64,000 nt of DNA from a virus, in IMG/VR virus record IMGVR_UViG_3300022719_000329, positions 1-64,000 of that record; one strand, 5' to 3'. Position numbers and translations under genes: made by a program. This document shows positions 53,182 to 60,792 of the stretch, piece after piece; positions within the stretch are counted from its first letter, which is position 1; every line of letters starts with the position of its first letter. The notes below the pieces were generated by a model. It worked only from the letters and a program-made list of their open reading frames with translations. It was not told where the DNA came from and ran no database searches.

Positions 53182-53343
53182 GTGAGCAAAGAATTGCGTT
53201 GGGCTCGTAAGCAGGGACTGGATTGCGAACAGGACCTAATGGCTGCCCAGCTTCGAGTGTCCTGCTTCGCCCAGACCCTACGGGTCGCCCAGACCGTCCT
53301 TCTGTTCGGGATCTTCCTGGTCCTCTGCATCGGCCCCGACTGA
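53182..53343 (+). CDS. micro membrane peptide 6 (53 aa)
   Basis: GTG start; C-terminal TM TVLLFGIFLVLCIG. Confidence 0.3.
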   Translation: MSKELRWARKQGLDCEQDLMAAQLRVSCFAQTLRVAQTVLLFGIFLVLCIGPD

Positions 53344-53537
53344 TGCCGGGCTGGAAGTACCACATCGAACGCCTTCCCGCGCCCATCTCGGAAAACAAGC
53401 TGGCTCTGCTGGGCCGGCAAGGCTTCGAGCTGACCGGGGTGGCCCACACCACCAAGACAACCTATCTCGAAGCGGGCCCCACTAGAACCCCGCTGACCCA
53501 GGATGTATTCATCTATTACTTCAAGCGGCCGGAATAG
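53343..53537 (+). CDS. small soluble protein, DUF4177-like (64 aa)
   Basis: TGATG overlap; GWKYHIERL...LLGRQGFELTGV resembles the DUF4177 pattern. Confidence 0.4.
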   Translation: MPGWKYHIERLPAPISENKLALLGRQGFELTGVAHTTKTTYLEAGPTRTPLTQDVFIYYFKRPE

Positions 53538-53546
53538 GAGATCAAC

Positions 53547-53756
53547 ATGCGCGTGCTTTTCCTGTGCTTCTGCTTCGCAGCGTGTTGTCTAGTTGGCTTC
53601 GGGTTCACCCAGTTCATGATCTCAGCCGGGCAGAACCTGGAGCCCACTTGGGACAGCCTGTCACTCGGGGCCATGCTCTCGGGTCTACTCTTCTTGGTCA
53701 TCCTACTGGCCGGGGGCATGCTCGACTACCTCGACGGCCCCAAAAAGAAGGGGTAA
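53547..53756 (+). CDS. micro membrane protein 8 (69 aa)
   Basis: AGGAGA SD; two TM helices. Confidence 0.45.
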   Translation: MRVLFLCFCFAACCLVGFGFTQFMISAGQNLEPTWDSLSLGAMLSGLLFLVILLAGGMLDYLDGPKKKG

Positions 53757-53763
53757 ACCTACT

Positions 53764-54216
53764 ATGGAATCCCGATACGTATATCTAAATCCTCGCCAAG
53801 TTCTGGCGATCTACCTATCCCAAGAAGGGGAATGCCTCTACTGCGAACAGAGCCTGACCCCCGAGAATCTGACGGTCGAGCATGTGATCTGTCGCTTTTG
53901 GGGTGGCCCAAGCGATGCCCTGTGGAATTTGGCCCTGGCCTGCGAATCATGCAATAGCCTCAAAGGGGCCCTCGAAGGGGGAATTGCCGAGGGCCTGGAC
54001 AAGATACGCATCAGCAAGATGGAACGTATCCAAAGAGCCATGCAACTCATGCACACAGAAGCCCGGGGTGTTCCTGTAGTCCAACGCATGCTGGTAGAAA
54101 TCAAGCGGCGCTTGAACGCCCTGCAATCCTACATCCACGAGCATCTGCCCGAAGGTGAAGCCCGTTATGGCAGCCCCCACACGCAAGGGCGTGGCCGAGC
54201 CCGGGACGGGCTATGA
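53764..54216 (+). CDS. HNH endonuclease
   Basis: 150 aa; CLYCEQ, LTVEHVICRFWGG, NLALACESCNSLKG. Confidence 0.75.
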   Translation: MESRYVYLNPRQVLAIYLSQEGECLYCEQSLTPENLTVEHVICRFWGGPSDALWNLALACESCNSLKGALEGGIAEGLDKIRISKMERIQRAMQLMHTEARGVPVVQRMLVEIKRRLNALQSYIHEHLPEGEARYGSPHTQGRGRARDGL

Positions 54217-54327
54217 ACCACAGAGAAGAGGACGTCTACTAATCGCAGGCTCTCAAGGGCTGGGTGTTCTGTTACTGACTGGGTGCGCGATGTTGCGCGT
54301 TCCTGGTCAAACACGAGGTTCCGGAAA

Positions 54328-54753
54328 ATGGAAACAAGAAAAGTCCGCCAGAATGGTACAGACAAGGAAGTCACCATCCACATCTGTACCCTCGATGAAC
54401 TCGACGCCAGCGCCATCCGGCAAGGCGACGAGATCAACGTCATCATGCTGGACCCCGACACCAAGATCGATGATCTCGACTGGGAGATGGTTGGGCTCAT
54501 GTACGGCCCGATGGAGGAAGGGGAGACCCTGACTCTAGCTCCCGACACCCTCAGCTGGCCCAAGCTGCTCACCGAGCTTCGCTGCTTCCCCAGCGCCTCT
54601 CAGGCTGCCAAGGACTGGAAGTCCCGGAAACGAGAGCTGCAGATCGAAAAGGGCTTCCAGATCTTTACCATCGGGAAAGCCCGCAAAATCACCCTGGCCG
54701 TCTGGAGGCCCTTCCGAGAGCCCCTGGAAGAGCAACCCACGGCTGCCCCATGA
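54328..54753 (+). CDS. hypothetical protein
   Basis: 141 aa from the ATG at 54328. Confidence 0.45.
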   Translation: METRKVRQNGTDKEVTIHICTLDELDASAIRQGDEINVIMLDPDTKIDDLDWEMVGLMYGPMEEGETLTLAPDTLSWPKLLTELRCFPSASQAAKDWKSRKRELQIEKGFQIFTIGKARKITLAVWRPFREPLEEQPTAAP

Positions 54754-54789
54754 AAGACAGAAGGCCGGAAGATCTAGAGGGAATAGCCC

Positions 54790-54800
54790 TCTATTTTCTC
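54790..54800 (+). promoter_or_regulatory. promoter-like motif class B variant (CTATTTTCTCC)
   Basis: 45 nt upstream of the ATG at 54835. Confidence 0.4.
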
Positions 54801-54834
54801 CTTCTCTCGAACCTTCGACTGGGAGAATCGCCCT

Positions 54835-55062
54835 ATGTTCGTCATCCGTAAGTGCTACCGTGGGCGTGAGTACGCCAAGGTACTGAACCCCGACCCGAAG
54901 ACGCTCGGCCTCATCTTGGCCGACGAGCTCCAGCGCATGCGCCTCGACCCGGACTTCACCCTGACCGTGGAGGCCCAGGCGCACCAGATCACGCCTCCGG
55001 CGCCCCCGATCCACCTTCCCCCCGTCACCCCGGTAGCCCTGCTGCCGGAATCGATCAACTAG
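54835..55062 (+). CDS. hypothetical protein
   Basis: 75 aa; GGGAGA SD. Confidence 0.45.
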   Translation: MFVIRKCYRGREYAKVLNPDPKTLGLILADELQRMRLDPDFTLTVEAQAHQITPPAPPIHLPPVTPVALLPESIN

Positions 55063-55072
55063 GAGATCCGTC

Positions 55073-55489
55073 ATGCACCGCAAGCTTCTCATCATTCTGG
55101 CCCTCGTCGGTTTCGTCGGCTGCACCAAGGCCCCCAGTCCGGAGGCCGTGGCCTGGTACGACACCCAGACCCGTGGGTGGGTCAACGCCGTGATCAACAG
55201 CTGCCAGGCCACCCACTCCAACTTCGAGACCGATCTGAGTCCGGTGGACTGCATGTTCGCCAACGACCTGTCCATGCTGGTCATGACCTTCCCCACTCGC
55301 GAGTTCTACGAGAGGGCGGCCCATGGCGTCGCCGAGTACCTCTTCACGTGGTGCAACAGCGTCCGGGCCCATACCGGCCGCCACTCCAACCTGCGCATCA
55401 TTCTCCGGCACGAGCACGACACGGGCACCACGGGTTGTGCCCAGTTCGTGGAGGGCTACCGGCCGCTCCTCGAAGACGATGGGCCGTAA
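55073..55489 (+). CDS. lipoprotein
   Basis: 138 aa; signal peptide with lipobox F-V-G-C. Confidence 0.55.
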   Translation: MHRKLLIILALVGFVGCTKAPSPEAVAWYDTQTRGWVNAVINSCQATHSNFETDLSPVDCMFANDLSMLVMTFPTREFYERAAHGVAEYLFTWCNSVRAHTGRHSNLRIILRHEHDTGTTGCAQFVEGYRPLLEDDGP

Positions 55490-55796
55490 GCCCCGGGACT
55501 GGAATGCGGTAGCCGCCCATTTTCGCAAGGGTGGGCCGATGAAGCATCGCAACGAGCCCCGAGGCGGTGCCGGACTCGACCCGGAGATCGAAGAAGGGCT
55601 CGAACAGTATCAGACCACCGAACACGAAAAGGCCGCCCAAGAGCTCTTTCGAGCTACACCAGCAGAACTGGGAGAGGCGGCCACGGAGGCGTGCAGTGCC
55701 GAAGCAGATCGATCGCAATCTGGCGGCCCAGCTGTGGGAGCATCTCGGGATCGAGGTGACCAACACTCGGGTGGCACCCCGACAGCATCGGGGTGA
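55479..55796 (+). CDS. small basic/acidic protein (extent uncertain)
   Basis: 105-aa frame starting MGRKPRDWNAVAAHFRKGGPMKHRNEPRGG; its last 100 nt overlap the start of SpoVG-like paralog 3. Confidence 0.3.
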   Translation: MGRKPRDWNAVAAHFRKGGPMKHRNEPRGGAGLDPEIEEGLEQYQTTEHEKAAQELFRATPAELGEAATEACSAEADRSQSGGPAVGASRDRGDQHSGGTPTASG

Positions 55797-56109
55797 AGTG
55801 ACCTTTGTCGGCTATGCCGATTTCCAGATCCTGGTCGCCGGCATCCCCTGCCTGCAGCTGTGCGGGAACAGCATCAAGATCATGGGCACGGGCATCCATT
55901 TCGATCCCAAGAGCGAGAAGGGCCGGGGAGACCGGGCCGGCCACTATTTCCCGCACTGGTTCCCCATGACTCCGGAGGCCCGTGCAGTTCTGGCCGAGAA
56001 GGTGAGCCGGAACCCCGACATCATCGCCATGTGCGCTAGCGCCATCACCGAGCTCGGTGGTGACCCGGCCGAGGTCCAGAACTGGGCCACAGCCATGAGC
56101 GCCCAGTAG
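55696..56109 (+). CDS. SpoVG-fold nucleic-acid-binding protein, paralog 3
   Basis: 137 aa from the GTG after GGAGG-N5; QIDRNLAAQLWEHL aligns with DINRKMAEMLWKQV of paralog 2; TFVGYADFQI..FDPKSEKGRGDRAGHYFPHWFPMTPEAR. Confidence 0.55.
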   Translation: MPKQIDRNLAAQLWEHLGIEVTNTRVAPRQHRGEVTFVGYADFQILVAGIPCLQLCGNSIKIMGTGIHFDPKSEKGRGDRAGHYFPHWFPMTPEARAVLAEKVSRNPDIIAMCASAITELGGDPAEVQNWATAMSAQ

Positions 56110-56148
56110 AACCTATCAATCGACCACCACCAACTGGAGAAAAACCCA

Positions 56149-56637
56149 ATGATGAACTTCTTCCGCGACTTCTGCCGGCACATGTTCGGCATCAACAGCC
56201 CCTACCCCATCCTGATCATCCTCGTGCTTCTCGGGATGACCCTGCTGATCCTGGCCGGCGAGGCCAGGGGTGAGCCGGAGTCCGGGGACTTCTACCAGTA
56301 CCAGGCCATCGACGGCTCGCTGGCCTTCACCGACAACCCCAAGCACATCCCCGCCGCCCACCTGAGCAAGGCCAAGGCCCGCACCTGGGCCGAGCTGCAC
56401 GACTCCACCTCGGGGCGGCGCACGGTGATCGAGATCCCGGAGTCGGTGCGCATGCCCGCCCCCGAGGCCATCGAGATCGATCAGCCGGCTCCGCGTGACT
56501 GCTCCGGACCGCTCCGCGTCACCAGCGAGCGACGCCAGTTCGGGGATCGCAACCGCGAGGTCTTCCTGTACCACGACGCCTGCGGGCGCCTGGTGAGCGA
56601 GACCTTCTTCCAACCCGACCTGTTCATCCATCGCTAG
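56149..56637 (+). CDS. membrane-anchored protein with DUF4124-like motif
   Basis: 162 aa; N-terminal TM; FYQYQAIDGSLAFTDNPKHIP. Confidence 0.5.
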   Translation: MMNFFRDFCRHMFGINSPYPILIILVLLGMTLLILAGEARGEPESGDFYQYQAIDGSLAFTDNPKHIPAAHLSKAKARTWAELHDSTSGRRTVIEIPESVRMPAPEAIEIDQPAPRDCSGPLRVTSERRQFGDRNREVFLYHDACGRLVSETFFQPDLFIHR

Positions 56638-56642
56638 GTCGA

Positions 56643-56668
56643 GCCCGGGGCTCTACGGAGCCCCGGGC
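56643..56668 (+). terminator. 11-bp GC hairpin with tetraloop
   Basis: GCCCGGGGCTC tacg GAGCCCCGGGC, directly after the stop codon; no U-tract. Confidence 0.55.
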
Positions 56669-56718
56669 CTGCCTCGCAGGGGAGAGGGTTTCTCACAGCA
56701 TGGAAGGAGGCTCGTGGG

Positions 56719-57117
56719 ATGGACGACAACCTACGCCACTTGAGCGATCATCCTCGGTTCCAAGGCCAGGATGATCCCTTCACCGATCTCGAGACCTACC
56801 CCGAAGAGCCCGACTTCGACATTCGCAAAGATGATTTCGACGACACCGAGCCAGATCCCAACGCGACCATCTGCGCTTGGTGCGTGCACAGCCGGGACAT
56901 CCGCCCGTGGTGGCGCCGCATTTGGCGCCGGCCGACTCACGAGGACTTGGCTTGCGACGCCACTCCTCGCCAACGAATGCGTGACCCCATCACCGGCCGG
57001 ATGGGCTACAACTTCTTGGGTTCCCAGACTTTCACCCTTCAGCCTCTGGAGTTGTGCAAGTATGTGAACCTAAACGGGCGTTGCCGCAAGTACCGCTTGA
57101 AGGTCACTTACGGCTAG
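56719..57117 (+). CDS. hypothetical protein (acidic N-half, Cys/Arg-rich C-half)
   Basis: 132 aa; GGAGG SD. Confidence 0.45.
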   Translation: MDDNLRHLSDHPRFQGQDDPFTDLETYPEEPDFDIRKDDFDDTEPDPNATICAWCVHSRDIRPWWRRIWRRPTHEDLACDATPRQRMRDPITGRMGYNFLGSQTFTLQPLELCKYVNLNGRCRKYRLKVTYG

Positions 57118-57450
57118 CCTTCGTAAGACCTTACCCCTAATGAGACGGGGTAGACCCCCAGGGACAAGCAGAGCCCATCGTGGGTCACAGAGGCTCGGAC
57201 CGACCGAGTAAAAAGGAAGCGGTGCTCTTACAGACCGAGAGGATAAACATGGGTTGGGCCTAGCCACAGGCTCGAAGGTAGAAGGAGAATACGGGCCAGT
57301 CCAGCGAGGCTGGAAAGACTCCTACACCTACGAATGACTACCAGTGGTGCTAGAACGTCTCCCCACCGGGTGGAGTAATATCCGGGCAATCAAAATTGGT
57401 AAAAATCAGAAAAAACTCGGGGGCGGGTCACTGGTTGGCCCGCCCCCAAC
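57118..57450. ncRNA. candidate structured non-coding RNA (strand unresolved)
   Basis: 333 nt without a credible ORF; hairpins TACCCC/GGGGTA, CTCGG/CCGAG, CCAG/CTGG; an A-rich tract, then an 11-bp GC hairpin. Confidence 0.25.
57418..57446 (-). terminator. GC hairpin whose U-tract lies on the minus strand
   Basis: GGGGGCGGG..CCCGCCCCC, preceded on the plus strand by AAAAAAC/AAAAATC runs, so the minus strand reads hairpin plus T-tract. Confidence 0.4.
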
Positions 57451-57586
57451 CCCTCCCCCAGGAAGTCCTTACTGCCTGGACGCTTCCATGGCCTCTCACG
57501 GCCTGGAGGAACTCCCACCACACCTTAATTCCACCACCCGCAGCTCCTTCTGGGAGCTCCTCCTTCGCGTTGGCGGAGAGAATCAG

Positions 57587-57597
57587 GTATTTTCTCC
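57587..57597 (+). promoter_or_regulatory. promoter-like motif class B (GTATTTTCTCC)
   Basis: 87 nt upstream of the ATG at 57674. Confidence 0.45.
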
Positions 57598-57673
57598 GTC
57601 TTCTGAAAGCAACAACCAACCGATGGTACTTCTTTCGAGAGGTACTCATCACAAGCCGAAGGAGCTCACAGTC

Positions 57674-58213
57674 ATGAGCCAGACCTATACGATCGAGCGC
57701 GATTCCCACAACCGCCTGCGGGCCGAGGTCGACGAGGACCTGGCCGTCGGCATCAAGATCCTGGCCGAGACCGACCCCCGGCGCGTGGAGCGCAACGTCC
57801 ACGGCTACGCGGTTCTGGACATCCGGACCGCGCTCGGGCCGATCCGCATCCGGGACATCCGCATCATGTGGAGCTCGACCAACGAGCGCTACTTCCTCCG
57901 CTGGCGCCAGTGGAACACCGGGAAGATGCGCGACGGTCGCAAGGAGTACCTGGACGTCGCCGGTCCCCACGACCGCGACACCCGCCGGGCCTTCGAGAGC
58001 GAGATCCTCGGCGTCTTCGCCCAGGTTCGCGAGGAGGCCGCCAAGGGCACGCTGGCTCGGGACCCCGAGACCGCCGGGAAGCTCGAGGGCCTGAAGGCCA
58101 CGCTCGAGGCGGCCGGCGAGCAGGCCGAGGCCGGCGGCGCGGGACCCGAGGAGGCGGCCGCCTCCGACGAGGCGAACGTCGTCCACGGCGACGAGGCCCA
58201 CGCGGGCGCCTAG
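57674..58213 (+). CDS. SpoVG-fold protein, paralog 4, with acidic Ala/Glu/Gly tail
   Basis: 179 aa; HGYAVLDIRTALGPIRIRDIRIMW...RDGRKEYLDVAGPHDRDTRRAFESEIL tracks SpoVG (..ASITLD..FVVHDIRVI..PDGEFRDIAHPI..TR..I). Confidence 0.55.
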   Translation: MSQTYTIERDSHNRLRAEVDEDLAVGIKILAETDPRRVERNVHGYAVLDIRTALGPIRIRDIRIMWSSTNERYFLRWRQWNTGKMRDGRKEYLDVAGPHDRDTRRAFESEILGVFAQVREEAAKGTLARDPETAGKLEGLKATLEAAGEQAEAGGAGPEEAAASDEANVVHGDEAHAGA

Positions 58214-58268
58214 CGCTCCCACTCCTAGTCGGGGGCCCCTACGGGGGTCCCCGGCTTAGGGAGGTCCC

Positions 58269-58499
58269 ATGGGCCAGCATCCCGAAATCACTCCCCTTTC
58301 CTTCCGTCTCCGTCAGGAACGTCTGATCACCGTCTTCGCTGCCCAAGAGGTGGCTGATGGCACTCGCATCATCCAGGCCGAAGAAGCCACCCGATTGCAT
58401 CGGTACGCCCAGTGCCACTTCGGGCGAAGCTTCGACCAGATGATCCGCGAATGCCAGCAGATGACTGCTGATGTGGAATCCCAAGCTGCCGAAGCCTAG
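58269..58499 (+). CDS. hypothetical protein
   Basis: 76 aa; AGGGAGG SD. Confidence 0.45.
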   Translation: MGQHPEITPLSFRLRQERLITVFAAQEVADGTRIIQAEEATRLHRYAQCHFGRSFDQMIRECQQMTADVESQAAEA

Positions 58500-58743
58500 T
58501 CTGATCGACATGGGGCAAGCTGATGCTGAGCTCGTAGGTCAGGAACTAGCCCGAGCAGGGACAGACGACGGAAGAACCAAGATACTTTTTCGCTGCACGA
58601 ACAAAGAAGAAATGGAATTCTATCATCCTCCGGCCATCAAACCACTGCCGTCCAGGGTAGTGAGGTGCTGGACCAGTCGTATTCCAAACCCTGATGGCTC
58701 ACTGAGCCGAGACTCTGTCCTCATCCACTGGGAGGAACTCTAG
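58471..58743 (+). CDS. hypothetical protein (start uncertain; alternative ATG at 58510)
   Basis: 90-aa ORF; no clear SD. Confidence 0.35.
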   Translation: MWNPKLPKPSLIDMGQADAELVGQELARAGTDDGRTKILFRCTNKEEMEFYHPPAIKPLPSRVVRCWTSRIPNPDGSLSRDSVLIHWEEL

Positions 58744-59234
58744 TGAGCAAGTGCCCCCGCAGTGATCCCCGCTGGACCGAACACTCGGCCAGCCTCCGAC
58801 AAGGCCAGCTCTTCGTGAAGCTCCCGGCCAGCCAAGCCTGCCTATTCGAAGTCTCCCTTCTCCATGCTCTTCAGAACCCCAAGGTATCCAGCGCCGCCCT
58901 CATCGACCAGCTTCGCTCTTGGGCGGAGTGGTTCGGCGGAGAAATCCGACGGGCACGCCAAGCCAACATGAACTCCGTCATCCTCGGTTTCCCCGCCGAG
59001 GACGCCGATGCCGATGCCGAGGCCTTGAGCCAGGTGGAGGAGTTCGATGTATCGGGCCGGATCTCGCATTTCCGCAAGGTGATGCAGGCCGGCCTACGCA
59101 ACGAGCCCGATGTGGACTGGATCGCCCGCGTGGGTGGCCCAGCTCGCAATTCGGGCTTCGATGGCCTCATCAGCCGGGAGCCTCCGGCCCTCGAAGACCT
59201 CCCCGATCTCGAGGAGCTCTTCACCGATCCCTAG
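58743..59234 (+). CDS. hypothetical protein
   Basis: 163 aa; GTG start after GGGAGGA, TAGTG overlap. Confidence 0.45.
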   Translation: MSKCPRSDPRWTEHSASLRQGQLFVKLPASQACLFEVSLLHALQNPKVSSAALIDQLRSWAEWFGGEIRRARQANMNSVILGFPAEDADADAEALSQVEEFDVSGRISHFRKVMQAGLRNEPDVDWIARVGGPARNSGFDGLISREPPALEDLPDLEELFTDP

Positions 59235-59288
59235 GACCAAGTGGCCCCGGGAAACACCGAAACCTTCATGACCAGAAAGGAACCCGCC

Positions 59289-59975
59289 ATGCGCAAGTTC
59301 ACCCTCGCCTTCCTGACCCTCGGGGTCATCTTCGCCTTCAGCTTCGCCACGCCCGCCTTCGCCTCCGGCAACGACAACTCCTGCCGCGGACACAGCTGCA
59401 ACGACGTCACCAACACGACCCACAACCAGGGCGGCCACGGCGGCGACGCCCACGTGATCGGCTCCGGCAACTCGCGCAACCTGAACCGCAACGTGAACCT
59501 GAGCGCCAGCGACGCGACGGCCGGGGCTGCCGCCCTGAACCGGACCAACGTCCGCAACAACGTGCGCAACACGGTGAACAACGCCAACCGCCAGGGCCAG
59601 AAGCAGGGCCAGGGCCAGTTCCAGGGCCAGGGTCAGCAGCAGGGGCAGGTCGGCATCGTGCGCGACGGTGACGTGGTGGACAACTCGAGCGTCTCGGTCG
59701 AAGGCGACGACGTGCGCTACGACTTCCCCGTCGCACCGGCGGCCCCGGTCTTCGCCGGCAACTGCGCCCAGGGGATCAGCGTCCAGACCCACCAATTCGG
59801 AGGCTCCGCTGCCAGCTCCAATCCCGTCTGCGACTACATCGCCGTGTCCGGAGCCTTCATCGCCGCCGGGGAGCGAGGAGAAGCCCTGCGGGTGATCGGG
59901 AAGGCCGAGGACGCCGCCGACTGGCGCTTCACCTTCGCCCGGATCCGCAACGTCCTGACGCTCGGCCTGCTCTAG
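59289..59975 (+). CDS. secreted Asn/Gln/Gly-rich low-complexity protein
   Basis: 228 aa; signal peptide MRKFTLAFLTLGVIFAFSFATPAFA; NVRNNVRNTVNNANRQGQKQGQGQFQGQGQQQGQ. Confidence 0.5.
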   Translation: MRKFTLAFLTLGVIFAFSFATPAFASGNDNSCRGHSCNDVTNTTHNQGGHGGDAHVIGSGNSRNLNRNVNLSASDATAGAAALNRTNVRNNVRNTVNNANRQGQKQGQGQFQGQGQQQGQVGIVRDGDVVDNSSVSVEGDDVRYDFPVAPAAPVFAGNCAQGISVQTHQFGGSAASSNPVCDYIAVSGAFIAAGERGEALRVIGKAEDAADWRFTFARIRNVLTLGLL

Positions 59976-59993
59976 CCCCTGGGCGCCAGCGTC

Positions 59994-60035
59994 GAGAGCC
60001 GGGGAAATCCCCCCTCCCCGGCTCTCCCTTCTTTT
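59994..60035 (+). terminator. intrinsic terminator
   Basis: 12-bp stem GAGAGCCGGGGA/TCCCCGGCTCTC, then CCTTCTTTT. Confidence 0.6.
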
Positions 60036-60075
60036 ATCGTAGGGTCTTCTTCTCCTAATGAGGGCCCATAAGGAA

Positions 60076-60086
60076 GTATTTTCTCC
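60076..60086 (+). promoter_or_regulatory. promoter-like motif class B (GTATTTTCTCC)
   Basis: 78 nt upstream of the ssb ATG at 60154. Confidence 0.45.
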
Positions 60087-60153
60087 TTCTCGTGAACCAA
60101 CAACCGTTACCCGGGTGGACACTCGGGCAACACCAGACCGAAAGGACAAGTCC

Positions 60154-60696
60154 ATGGACATCAACGTCTGCACCATCGTGGGGCGCCTCGCCGGCGACCC
60201 CGTGCTCAAGAGCTACAAGAAGGGCGACGGCACCGAGGGCTTCCGGTGCTTCATGCGCGTCGCGGTGACGCGCCTGATGGACCGGGGCCAGAAGGACCGC
60301 GAGAAGCGCCGGACCAACTTCGTGCCCGTCGTGGCCTGGGGCGAGGCCGCCAAGCGTCACGCCCAGTTCCTGGCCAAGGGGACGCAGGTCACGGTGACCG
60401 GCGAGCTGATCGCCGAGTCGCAGCGCCAGCAGGACGGCTCCTACCGGGAGTTCATCCACCTGCAGGCCAACGACGTGCAGTACGGCCAGCGCCCGCTCAA
60501 GAACGCCACGCCCGAGCAGGCCCAGCGCCAGCTGGACGCCGCGCAGCGCCGGATCGAGGAGATCGCCGCGGGTGCCTCCACGGGCACCCCCGCCTCCGCG
60601 CCGGCGGCCGAGGCGGCCGCGCCCGAGGGCACGCCCTTCGGTGGCGCCAGCGACGGGGACAACCCCTTCGCCGCGCCGGCGGGGGCCTCGGCCTAG
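60154..60696 (+). CDS. ssb: single-stranded DNA-binding protein
   Basis: 180 aa; OB-fold pattern NVCTIVGRLAGDPVL..FMRVAV..TNFVPVVAWGEAA..KGTQVTVTGEL; Ala/Pro/Gly linker and DNPF near the C-terminus. Confidence 0.85.
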   Translation: MDINVCTIVGRLAGDPVLKSYKKGDGTEGFRCFMRVAVTRLMDRGQKDREKRRTNFVPVVAWGEAAKRHAQFLAKGTQVTVTGELIAESQRQQDGSYREFIHLQANDVQYGQRPLKNATPEQAQRQLDAAQRRIEEIAAGASTGTPASAPAAEAAAPEGTPFGGASDGDNPFAAPAGASA

Positions 60697-60724
60697 CTCT
60701 TCGGAGCAGGCCGAACCAGAACCC

Positions 60725-60765
60725 GAAGGGGCTCTCCGGTAATCCCGGGGAGCCCCTTCTTTTTT
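60725..60765 (+). terminator. intrinsic terminator
   Basis: GAAGGGGCTCTCCGG/CCGGGGAGCCCCTTC stem followed by T6. Confidence 0.75.
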
Positions 60766-60792
60766 GTTCCAGAGAAGTGGAAGGCACTACCA

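Noticed and set aside
55479-55600. ArfA-like ribosome-rescue factor (RDWNAVAAHFRKGGPMKHR)
   Set aside because: There is only a vague resemblance to the NA..AL...FR.R..KKGKGSY pattern, and the KGKGSY core is absent.
57118-57450. Possibility that the gene-free segment is a tmRNA or RNase P RNA
   Set aside because: There is no tRNA-like acceptor/T-arm (GGTTCGAxTCC ... CCA), no resume-codon or tag ORF ending in a typical ..AA stop, and no GAGGAAAGTCCGGGC-type P4 element. It is kept only as an unclassified ncRNA candidate.
59094-60209. 371-aa minus-strand ORF
   Set aside because: It is an antisense shadow of the secreted N/Q-rich gene and the ssb leader, with Gly/Ala/Val/Arg-rich low complexity. 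The same reasoning applies to 57428-58222, 54535-55296, 35828-36463, 36717-37184, 41492-42058, 45393-46052 and 62074-62553.
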